A DNA stretch of 63,341 nt, the filler included, from Sminthopsis crassicaudata (lineage: Eukaryota): the NCBI RefSeq assembly GCF_048593235.1. It is 3 parts of 3 records of this genome, joined end to end, with 100 filler letters (N's around TTAATTAATTAA, not from the genome) between each part and the next. Parts side by side here need not be neighbours in the genome. Positions count along the whole stretch, not along the records: positions 20,292 to 45,416 come from NC_133617.1; 2 more parts are not named here. One strand, written 5' to 3'. Shown piece after piece: positions 24,001 to 36,000 of the stretch; the stretch's first letter is position 1, and each line of letters starts with the position of its first letter. The notes under the pieces are model-generated. The model was not told the DNA's origin. It ran no database searches and was given only the letters and a program-made list of their open reading frames with translations. Both the position numbers and the translations under genes were made by a program.

Positions 24001-27000
24001 ACCCGGGGATGGTGCACGGGCCCCCCCCCCCCAATGGCATTGAGCCTGCGACGCAGCCGCCAGGACACGGGGAGGGGGCAGAGTGAGAGGCCCGGCCCTG
24101 ACTCCCAGCGGCCCCCGGGGGTTCTCCCTGTCCCTGCAGGTCTCCCCGCTGCCTAGGCCCAGGATCTGCTGCGAGCCCCAAAAGCTCCTCAGGCTTCTCT
24201 CAGGGCCCCTCCCACACTCCCACATTGCCCCGTAGGCCCCACGTACCGGTCTGCTGCAGGCACTCCAGCTGCTCATTGGTCAGCTCCTTGATGGACGCCA
24301 TCACGGCCTTGAAGGCCGCCTTCAGCCGTTTGCCCAGGACCATGTGGTCAGGCTCGGCCCTCAGCCGGATGCCGTACTTGTTCTTATCCGTAGACAAGGT
24401 CACCCGCCGGACGTTCAGCTCCTGAGGTGAGAAGGTCAAAGGGCGTGCAGCCAAGAGGGGTCTCAGGCGCCCCGACTTCCGGAGAGGGCCCAGGGCTGGG
24501 GGCCGGCCCGAAGCTGCCCACAGACAAGCAGTTCTTCCCCCCCGGGGCACGCTGGGGTCCAGGCTCTGGGAACTTGGAGAAGGAAGCGTTGGCCGGGGAG
24601 GTTTTCCCAGTGGGGGTCCGCCCTCCAGCGGGAAATGGGCACCAGCTTCCCTCCATTCTCCAGGAGACCCAAAAGCCACCTAAGTCACAGCCCCAGCAGA
24701 GCACGTCCCTTTGTTGGGGGGGGTCCCGCCCCCGCCGGGCCCCCACAGGTCTCACCTCAAGGATGTACTTCTCCAAAGACCGGATGTCGTTCAGGGCCTC
24801 GGGATCTTGATGGATGACCACGATCTCCTTCAGAGGATACTGGGGGGAGAAGAAGGGTCACAGGACGCTCTCCTGGCTGCCCCCAGGCCGCAGGGGCAGA
24901 AGGGCCAGAAGCGGGGACTCCTTGGGGGGGAGGGGGGGCCACCCCGAGGGCTCCGCCCGTCCCACCTTGATTGGAATGGTCTTCCGGTCCCGGATGACGC
25001 GGCCCAGCTCGATGACAGATTGCATTCTGGAGACGGCGTTCTCCGTCTTCTTGTCGATCAGATCCTCCCTGGGGGGAGGGGGAGCACCTGAGTGGCCGGG
25101 ACCCCTGGGGAGCTTCTCACCGCTGGGCCTCTGGGTGAGCCCCCAGGCACCCCAGCCTGCTCCTGCACCCCCCACCCCCTCCCCACTGACTGCTCCTGCC
25201 TTGAATGTCTTTCAGGCGAGGGGCCGGCCTCCTCAGAGAAGGAAACTAAATGGCCGATGGCCCCCCGGGCCCGGACCGAGGAGTCCCGCCCTCCCGGACA
25301 GCCGGCTCCCCCGTAACGAGAGCGAGAATGAGGACGCCCCGGCTGGACAGGGGAAGGTGGGCAGGGTGGCGCTGGCCCCCCCCAGCCCGGCCCATGGCCC
25401 GTCCCTGTGCCGGCCCCCAGAGGGAGGGGCACCCAGGCTGCTGCAGCCGATGCGTACCGGACGCGAGGAAGCATGAGGTAGTGGATGCTCAGCGTGTCCT
25501 TCTCCCGCACCGAGGCCGGGTCAATGAGGGTCTTTAGGTTCTGGTAAATCAGCTCCGTGAGGAAGGGCGTGTAGGGGGCCTGAGAAAGGGGGAGAAGGAG
25601 GCCCACCTGGTACAGCGGCTGCCGGCACGGCCCTGCCCAGTGACCGGAGGAAGGGCCCTAGGCAAAAGATGGCGGCCGGCCCCGGGATCCGAATGGGAAG
25701 GGGCCAAACTGGGGGGGGGGTGAGCGAGCTCACGGGGCGGCAGGGAGCACGCGCAGGGGGGCTCTCCGGGGGATGTGAGGTGAGACCCAGGAGGCGCGGC
25801 CAGGGGAGAGGGAGGAGCGCCGGGTGGGACTGGGCAGAATGCCGTCTGAAGGCCCCGAGCCCATCCTGGCATCAACGAAGAGATTAAGCAAAGGGCCCCC
25901 GCCCGGGACGCCGCGGGGACCAGGGGCTGCTGCCAGGGCTGGGGGGCCCTCACCATGAGTTTGCAGAGGGAGAACAGGATGCTGAACAAAGTCTCCAAGG
26001 CCATGACACAATCGTCCGTCCCATTCTCACCCTGAAGAAAAAAAGGTCAAGAAAACCACCGGTGTCTGGGTGAAGACAGGAAAGGCAAAGTCTGAGCGTA
26101 CGTCCTGTGAGACCCCGGCTGGAGTCCCCTCCCCCCCACACCCTTGGGGGCCTCTCCCTGCTGTCTGGGGGGCTCAGACCTCCTCTGTATCTTCCAGGAG
26201 CAGTCCTTAGAGAAGGGCTCTGGGGGGGGGGTCTCAGGCCCAGGGCCTCCTCCATCCCCCGACCGCCCAATGGGGAGTTTCCTCTCCCAGCCCCCGGGGC
26301 CCCCGATGGCCGTGGCCCTGCTCGGAGCCCCCGGAGCGTTTGCTCACCTTGAGCCGCCTCCGGTTCATCCGGACGTACCAGTTGGTCAGCACATCCACAA
26401 ACTTGACGAGACGCGGCACCACGGTGTACAGACGATACGCTGAAGTGGCCCAAGGGGGAAGAATCGGGTCAACACCCCCGGCTCATCCCGGGGCCAGGCC
26501 CTATGCTTGCCCCCCCGCCCCAGGGCCTGCGCGCGCTCACCTGCCATCTCGACCTCAAAGAAGCCGATGAGCGACTGCATGAAAGACAGGATCCAGCGGT
26601 CGGTGATGTTGCCGCTCTCCCTCACGGCGTTCTCGTTGTAAAGGAACTCTACGCCCTCCTCCTGGCAGGGAAAAGGAAGGCACGTTTAGGCGCAGCGCGG
26701 CTGCCTGAGGGGCCATCTGTGGGTGGCTGCACGGGGGTGGGGGTCTTTCCGGGGGTGCTGAGAAGGGCACAGCTGGCACGGGGCACCCACCTTACGCAGA
26801 CGGAGGATGTTCTGAATGAGGAAGCGGTAGGCGTTGTACCAGGGGAGGAGGACGTCTTTGAGCACGTCTCGGACCCCCTCCTCTTTAAAGCGGAGGTTCT
26901 CTGCTCGGACCACAGGGGAGTTAATGAGGTACAGCCTGCAGCGAGCAAAGAAAGCCCTCACTGCCACCAGCCGGGCTGAGCCTTCCCTTGGGGGCCCATG

Positions 27001-30000
27001 TGCTCCAGAAGGTCTCCAAGCCCCCCCTCCCCCCCCGCCCCAGGGCGGCGCTTCCCAGAGCTCAAGAGACTTGTGCCTCTGGGCAGGCAGAAGGGGGGGG
27101 CTCCTCACCGCAGGGCGTCGGCTCCGTATTTGCTGATGATGGAGGTCGGGTCAGGGTAGTTCTTCTTTCGCTTGCTCATTTTCTGACCATCACTGAAATG
27201 ACACAAGCGCGGCGCCTTAGAAGGCTCCCCGGGGGGCCAGAGCCGGCCTCAGCCCTTCCAGAAAGGACTTTTACCAGGACGGCGTCCGCGGCAGCCTCTG
27301 GCGACTCCTCCCAAAACTCTCTCTCAGACCCTCTAAGCTGCGCGTACTCCCGGGCTTCCATGACAGAGACCCCCAGACCCACAAGCAAAAGGCCCCCTGG
27401 TGGCTGGGCAGGGGCCACACCCATGACACCCGGAGGGGATTGTGGGAGAAGGCGTGAAGGAAATGGGGGAGACCCACACAGATCCTTCCGCCGGCCCTTC
27501 GTGACCTGTCAGGAGCGCAGGGTCGGGCCCCCCGCCATTCATTCCCCACGCTGGCTGAGCGTGGCCTGACTCCAAGGGGACAGGAGCCCCGGGAACGTGT
27601 GCAGGGGGGCCCCTCGAAAGGATCTGTGCCAACGATGTTGTGTGGATGGCGGAGGGGGGGCAGCGCCCCGTACCTGGCCAGGATCAGCCCGTTCACAATC
27701 ACGTTCTTGAAGGCGGGCTTCCCGAAGAGCGCGGTGGCCAGCACCAGCAGGGTGTAGAACCTGGGAGGGGGCGCAGAGCGTCAGCAGGCCGGGAAGGGCC
27801 CACAAGCTGCCCCCACGGCTGCAGCGCTCTCAGGGGAGCTGGGCGTCCCCCAGCACGGGGCCAGGGACCATGGGGGCCCCGAGTGACCTCCTGCTCCTGG
27901 ACACAGAGACCCCTGATCTGACCCGGCTCATCTCCCGCCGCATGGCCGTGGCCCCTGCCCACACTGGGGCCCCCCAGAGCCCCTCAGTAACACAGCTCGC
28001 TTCCTGGGGGCAGGAGTTGTGTTCTCCCTCCTCCTCCGGCCGAAGCCTCGGACAGGACGGGCAGAAGGGATGCGCTCTGGGCTGTGCTCTCCGCCACCTG
28101 CAGGGCGCCCAGCCCTATAAGCCTGAGAATGCCAAGGACAGAGAGGAAGTACTTTCTGCCCTGGAGGGGCGTCCTCCACCCAGGGGAGGCAGTGGGGACT
28201 CTGAGACCCCCCCCAAGGGCAAACGAGCAGCCAGGCGGGGCCAGAAAGCGGGCGTGAGGCTCTCGGGGCCCAGGTTCTGTGCCGTGACAAGCTGGGCAGC
28301 GCGCTCACCATCCGCGGGTCTGGTCGATGCCCTCGGCGATGAAGTCGGCAGGAAAGGCCTCCTCAAACTCCCGCCGGCTCTCGAAGGGGTAGTGGACCTG
28401 GGCGTAGGGCATGCTCCCGCTCTCGAACCAGCAGTCGAAGACCTCGGCCACGCGGCGCAAGGGGCCTTTCCCCAGGCGGGAGGGGATGGTCAGGTGATCG
28501 ATGCTGCAGAAGGGAGCGAGCACCGTGAGCGTGGGGCTCCGGGCCGAGACCCCGAGGGAGCCCACGTGCCCGCCGCGGTTCAGCCCGAGCAGGGCCCAGA
28601 CTGACCTCTCCCTGTGCAGGTCCGAAATCTTCGCCCCTGTCAGCTCCTCCAGCTCCGCCACTGACCCGACGCACACCACCTGCCCAGGACCGTGGGCACC
28701 GGGTCAGACAGCCCCGGACAGGGCGTGGGCCCCGATCCTGGCCACCGTTCTCACAGGGGGGGGGGGGGGACACGGACTCCCACAAGTTCAGTCCCACTCC
28801 ACCCCCTCCGGGCAGGCAGCACGCCCCAGCAGCGAGAGTCAGCCTCACAGCTGGAGCTGGGCCAGCAAGGGGACCGGGGGGCACAGCCTCAGCCAGCCTG
28901 GGTGACCCCCCCCCCCGAGGGCCTAGGGCTGGAGCCCGCACCTCTTCAAAGTCGTCGCTGACCCACAGGGGGATGGGGGTGCCCCAGTATCTGTTTCTGG
29001 AGATGGCCCAGTCACGCGCATCTTTGAGCCAGTTCCCAAAGCGCTTTTCTCTCACAAACTCGGGGACCCTGCGGGAGAGAGGCAGGCCGTGAGGGCGGAG
29101 CTTCAGGGCCCGAGGCCTCCTCTCCGAAGCCCCTGACCAGTGGCCACGCCGCCCCTTCTGGAAGGCCCCCAGAGGCTCCCCGGTCTCTAAATGGGCGCCT
29201 GCCCTTCCGTGGAAGGCGTGTGTGGGTGACAGACTGAGGGGAAAGGCAGAGAAGCAGCGAGAAAGGAACAGGGAGGAGACCGAGGGGCCCGCTGCCCACG
29301 GCCGCTTCACCAATAGCACTGGTCGTTGTTCTCCAGAAGCCGGTCCACCATGTGCTCCACTCGGACAAACCAGCTCGGGACGGCTTTGTAGATCAGTGGC
29401 GTGTCGGACCTGAGGACGCGGACGGAGCCTCAGCCGGCCGCTCTGCACCCTGGTCCTCTGCCCCCTTGGGCCGCCCCAGGGCTCCAAGCACAGCTCCAAG
29501 GAGGAGCAGTTAGCCTACGGTGCTCCCCACTCTGACCCCTCATCCAGGACTTAGCGGCTCCCAGGCGGGGCAGGGAGACCCTGGGGCCTGCGAGGACCCT
29601 CAGAGGGCCACACCCGAGCGCCTGGGAGCACGGCCCGGCCCCCAGCCCCGCGCGGCGTCCTCACCTCCAGCAGAAGGGGTAGTTATGGTTGAAGGTGCCG
29701 GCGAGCAGCAGGCGGCCCTTCTCCTTGATGGCGCGGATGATGTTCTTGTCAGCGTCCTGGGTGAAGAGACAAGACACACAAGGGATCCTGGGGAACAGGG
29801 AGGAGGCAGCGAGGGGGTGTGCAGGGCCCCTCCCCAGACCTGCCATGCCAAGATGGCCCTGGGCGCCAGCCCCCAACCCAAGAAGTCGCAGGAAGCAGAG
29901 GCGGCCTCAGGCCGACATCCATGATAACTCCGGGTGCCAGGTTGGGGGGGGCTGGGCCGAGGGGGCGCGCTGGATCGAGAACAACAGCAGGAACGGACTT

Positions 30001-33000
30001 CACATTAATGGCCGACCCCAGGGAGACCAGCGCCATCGTCACCTTCGTTTTTACATGTGGGGGGGAGGGGGTGCTGAGGCTCAGAGCTCTATGGTGCCAG
30101 AGGCAGGATTCGCACTTGGTGCCTCCTGGCTCCCAGTCCTATGGGTCAGCTCTCCGCCAGGGGCACGCTCCAGTACCCAGCATCCTGCCCCCTCCCTGGT
30201 CCCCTCACCACCTCACGGGCCATGGAACCAGCCCTCGGCTCTCACCTGATGCCCCTGCACCAGCCGGTCAGTCAGTAAAGTGTTCGTAAAAGCTTAGTGG
30301 GCACCAGGTACTGAGCACCGAGGGTGGCAAAGGGCAGCCCCCATCCCAGTGCCTTCAGAGGCAGAAAGAGCCAACTCTGGAATGGGGGGGAGGGGTGGCC
30401 AGTGGGCACGGCAGGGGAGCGGGAGCGCCCCGGGCAGGGGTCTAAGAGCAGAGGCGGCACCGCAGCCAGCCTCTGCCACCTTCCTGTGCCACTGCCCCAG
30501 GCCGGCCCGCCTCCCTCCGGCCCGGGGTCTGAGCTCGGAGCAGCCCCAGCTCGGGCTCAACGTTCGGGGTGGGACGGAGCCTCCGTGTTGGGGACACCAG
30601 GAACACACCAGCCCCCAACGAGAAACTAGGACAAAACCTGGCAGGCGAAGGCGCGGCCCGAGCCCCGGAGCCCCGCCGGCTCGTCCCGGTCGCCCTACCT
30701 TCACGTACTGCCCGGCGAAGTCGCTGACGTCGGCCGTGAAGCAGCCGGACGCGTCCACGGGGCACACGGGGACAGAATCCTTCTGGATGATGTTGGAGTC
30801 CATGCAGACCCGGTAGTCGTCCTGAAAAAGCGCCACCGGCTCCTCAGACTCCCTCTGCCCAGCCCCGGGGCCCCTGGCTTTCTGTCCCGGCGTCTCAGTG
30901 TGTCCCCGACTTTACCCCCCACTGACGCTGAGATAAAAGTCCCCCCCAGGGCTGGCGCCCACCTGGACACGGGGGATGGGAAAGGCCCCTCCACCCCGCC
31001 CCAGAGCCCCGGCTCGTACTCACAGCCCCGAAGTACGGCGCCTGGTGCACGACGCCGGTGCCCTCCTCTTCCTTCACGTAGTGATCCACGAGCACCGTGA
31101 AGGCACCATTTTCCCTGCACTGCAAGGAAGGCAAGGACGCAGCCACGCCTGAGTGTCGGCAGCTTGGGGAAGGAGAACCATGCTCTCCCCAGAATCAGCC
31201 GAGGCCCCGAGGCCTCCATGGTCCGGCCTGGCAGAACCACGGCCAAAGGACGCCGTCCAGCCCGACCCAGGTGTGGGGAGGGGCCAGCAGGCTCTGTAGC
31301 ATCCACCATAAACCTGCCCCCTTGTCAGGTCCCCCAGCTCCTCTGGGACAAGACACGTCCATCGGGACTGGACCTGGGGTTCGAGGGACCCAGGAGGAGG
31401 GAGAGAGGGGCGAAGGAGGGAAGGAGGTTGCAATGGGAGAGCCTGAGGCAGCTGGCACCGGCCGCAGAGAAACCAGACGCATTCTCACCTTCACAAAATA
31501 CTCGAACATCGGCTTGTAGCGCTTGCCTTTGAGGGAAATGCCGGGAAACCTGCAAGAGGACGACGGCTTGTCAATGAAAATGAGTTCCTTTTTGTTTCCG
31601 GATGCTGGACGGTGCCGCTGACCCCAGGGGGCGGAGCCAGGCGGGGCATGCCGCTCCCGCACTCACCTCTCGAGGATCACGTAGTCGCTCTCCGACTTGT
31701 ACAGGGCCACCAGCCTGGCTTCCATCATGATCAGGACCTTTCCGGTGGCAGCATCTGGGAAAGCAGCCCAGGGAAGCAGGGGTCAGTCGGTGGCACGAGT
31801 GCCAGCCAGGCAAGGTCAGGGATGCATTCTAGCTGGTAACTCAGTCAGCAGGGACATCGGGGGCCTGTTTCCCTGATGCCAGGAGGGCCTTCCACAGCAG
31901 ACCCACGGGCGAGTGACCAGCCTGCCGTCCAACCAGCAGGACCCAGAGGCTGCCTCCTAGAACGAGGCCCTCTAGGGGCGGGGGTGCAGCAAGCCCCAAG
32001 GACTGGTAGGGTGGGAAGCAGGCTGAGCCACGCCCCTCAGGCTCTCTGCCCCTTGGATTGAAGTGGGGGGCCCTCTAGTGGAGGGAACTGGCAAGTGGAC
32101 GGAAGAGCTTTCATGCTGCCCTACTTTGACCAGAGCCACTGAATCTACTCCCTGCAGCGCTCCCGCTGAGAAGTGATTGGTAAACCTTCCCTCAGAATAA
32201 CAATCGTAGGGCCACTGGGAGCCTGGGATTGGGGGTGAGCATCAGAAGGGAAGCTCAGGGCCTTTTTTTTTTTTTTTGAGGTGGTATTTCTAAATTATTT
32301 TAATTTTATTTCTTTCTTAGCAAAGCTTTTTATTTTCAAAACATTTGTGTGGATCATTTTTGGACATTAACCTTTGCAAAAGCTTGTGTTCCAATTTTCC
32401 CCCTTCCCCCAAGCCCTCCCCTTGATGGCAAGTAACCCAATGTATGTTAAACTTAGAAGTTAAATTCAATATATTCATGCAGATTTGTAGAATTCTCTTG
32501 TTGCACAAGAAAAATCAAATGAAACCGGAAAAAAAAAATGAGAAGGAAATTAAAATGTTAGCAGATAACAAGGGATGAAGATGCTTTGTTGTGACCCACA
32601 CAGTTCCCACAATCCTCTCTGGGAGCAGATGGCTCTCTATCACATCATCTCAATGCTGAGGAGAGCCACGTCCATCTGATCATCTATAGTTCCCTTGGTT
32701 CTACTCCCTCCAGGCCTCTCTGAAATCCTCCTGCTGGTCGTTTCTTACAGAGCAATAATATCCCATAACATTCATATATCATAACATGTTCAGCCATTCT
32801 CCGATGGGCAGTTTCCAGTTTCTGGCTACTACAAAGAGGGCTGCCAAAGCACTTGTGCATATGTGAGTCCCTTTCCCTCCTTAAAGATCTCTATGGGATA
32901 CAGGCTCGGTAGAGACACTGCTGGATCAAAGGGTGTGCACAGTTTGACAACTTTTTGAGCATAGTTCCAAACTGCTCTCCAGAACAGCTGGATCTGTTCA

Positions 33001-36000
33001 CAACTCCACCAACAATGTGTCAGTGTCCCAGTCACTCCACACCCCCTCCAACATTCGACATTGTCTTTTCCTGTCATTTTAGCCAATCTGACAGTTGTAT
33101 CTGAGTCTTAATTTGCATTTCTCTGATCAATAGTGATTTAGCGCACTTTCTCATGTGGCTACAAATAGTTCCAATTTGTTCACCTGCAAATTCTTTTCAT
33201 ATCCTTTGACAATTTATTAATTGAGGAATGGCTTATATTCTTATAAATTTAAATCAGTTCTCTATATGTTTTGGAAATGAGATCTTTATCAGATCCTTTG
33301 GATGTAAAAATGTTTTCCTAGCTTATTGCTTCCCTTCTAATCTTATCTGCATTAGTCTTGTTTTTACAAAAACTTTTTAGCTTAATATAGTAAAAATTTT
33401 CTACTTTGTGATCAAGAATGATCTCTAGTTCTTCTTTGGCCCCAAATTCCTTCCTCCTCCACAGATCTGAGAGGTAAACTATCTTATGATCTTCTAATTT
33501 GCTTAAGATATCACTCTTTACGTTTAGATCATGAACCCATTTCAACCTTATCTTGGTACAGGGTGTCGGGTGTGGGTCACTGCCTAGTCTCTACCATACT
33601 AGTTTCCAAATTTCCCAGCAGTTTTTGTCAAATAGTGAATTTTTAATCCAAAAGCTGGGCCTTTTGAGTTTGTCAAACACTAAATTGCTATGGTTGTTCC
33701 TTATTTTGTCCTGTGAACCTAACCTATTCCACTAATCAACTAGTCTATTTCTTAGCCAGTACCAAATGGTTTTGGTGATTGCTGCTTTTTACTATAGTTT
33801 TAGATCAGGTACAGCTAGGCCAGGCCACCTTCATTTGCATTTTTTCATTAATTCCCTTGAAATTCTTGACCTTTTGTTCTTTCAGATGAATTTTGTTACT
33901 ATCTTTTCTAGATCTGTAAAATAATTTCTTCAGAGTTTGACTGGTAAGGCACTGATTGAATAGATTAACTTAGATAGTATTGGTATTGTTATTATATTTG
34001 CTCGGCCTGTCCAAAAGCACTAGATGTTTTTCCAATTGATTAGATCTGACTTTATTGTTGTGGAAAGTGTTTGTAGTTGTGTTAGTATAGTTCCTGACTT
34101 TGCCTTGGCGGATAGACTCCCAAATATTTTGTTATCATCTACAGTTATTTTAAAGAGAAAGAGTTTCTCTTTGGATCTCTTGCTACTGGATTTTGTTAGT
34201 GGTGTATAAAAATGTGGATGATTTCTGTGGATTGATTTTGTATGCTGCAACTTTGCAAAAGTTGTGAATTGTTTCTAGTACTTCTTTAGTTGATTCTCTA
34301 AGTACATCATCATATCATCTGCAAGAGTGATCACTAGGTTTCCTCATTACCTACTCTAACTCCTTTAAAGCTCTGAGATATTAGGAACTACTTCACTTTC
34401 ACACTCTCTGGCACACAGTAGGTGCTTAATAAAAGTGAATGGCTTGCTCCAATGACCCTGAGGGCAAGGGAAAACCCAGAGCAGCCCCAGAGCTGAATCT
34501 GCCTCCTCAGCCTCCAAATCTAGTAAAACAGGCCAACGGGGAGAGCAGCTTCAGCTCTGTAAACCCCTAATAATGACTGATGGTTCTTACTGCCCTGTCA
34601 GCTCAGCCGGCCAGCAGCACTTCAGGGCTTTGTGCAAGTAGCCGCCCACTGGAATTGGCCTGCAAGGCTCATGCCCAGTGTGGAGTCCCCAAGAGACAGT
34701 GGGGTCCCCTCCCACCCTGGCACATGAGCTCATCAAATGAGGACACCCCCTACTTGCCTCGAAGCTTCACATACTGGAGATCTGGATTCACGCAGAGTGC
34801 CAGGTTACTGGGCAGAGTCCAGGGCGTGGTGGTCCACGCGACCAAAGAGACAGCTTCATCTTCCTCCAAAGGGAAAGTGACAAAGACAGAGGGATCTTGG
34901 ACATCCTGAAATGAAGACGCGACAAGATGGAGAGATCACCTTGAAAAGAGGTAACACATCAATTTGCAGGCTATAAACTTGCACTGTTTCTTATTAGGTT
35001 TTTTCCCCCAACAAGCACAGAAATATTTAGTGTAACAGTCAACTGCAAAGAGTAAATCAGGTGTTATGCTTGTTTATTTGTGGTCATCAAAAAAAATGCT
35101 TTCCCAAATGATTAACATTTATGACGACTTTTCTTTTTCTTTCACACACTTGTGAAAAAACTTTACAAAATTTATCAGGCACTTCCCTGCCCGGGAAAGG
35201 TCTATCAAATGCAGTCAGCTCCCCCTTTCCTAATATCCTGCAACAAAGATGCTCACGGCCAGCAGGCAGTGATGTTCTTTGACTACTTGTCCCTGCTTGG
35301 TTTTTACAATTCCAGTCTGCGGAGCTGAGCACAGGAGAAAGTTCAGTCCTTTAATCTCTTGCTGGGCCAGGAGGAGAATAGGACACAACCCCTGCCTCTG
35401 CAGAGCCTTGTGCAAACCCCACTGGAACCTCCTAATCTGAGGACAGCTGAGCTGCTCCAAGACAGACTCCCAGGGCGAGGGCACGTTTCAGCCATGCTGC
35501 CAATCCCTTCAGAAAGCCAAGGACTGCGTGCCCCCCCATCCCCCACCTGTCCAGTGTCGAGGAGCTTAAACCTCTGGGGTCAGGCGCTCACTCACTCATT
35601 GCTCAACATGTCTGCTCTGAACACCGAGCTCCTTCAGGCTTCTTCCTTGCAGCTGAAATCCCACCTCCTCCAGGAAGCCTTTCCCAAAACCTCAAATTCC
35701 AGCCCTTTCCCTTTGTCAATGACTCCCCTTCACCCTTTATCGGGTTTGTCTGCTTCTGGCCTCCGTTGGATGGCAAGCTCCTGGAGGGCAGGGCCTCCAT
35801 CCCCGGGGGCCTGGGGCACAGTAAGCGCCGAATCGAGAATGCCCGCTGGTAGGCCCCTCTGTGAGTCTCCCGGATGCCGGCTTCCCCCTTATTACACTCA
35901 TCCCTCTCAGGCCCACGTGTGTCCCCCAGCTGCTGGCCCTGCTCAGACCCACCCCCTACTCCGATTTCTCATCAAAGACACCACAGGCTAATAGGGCCGA

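Noticed and set aside
35050-35095. C/D box snoRNA in the AT-rich IARS1 intron (TTGATGA...CTGA on minus)
   Set aside because: The C box is imperfect, the boxes are only about 30 nt apart, and there is no terminal stem.
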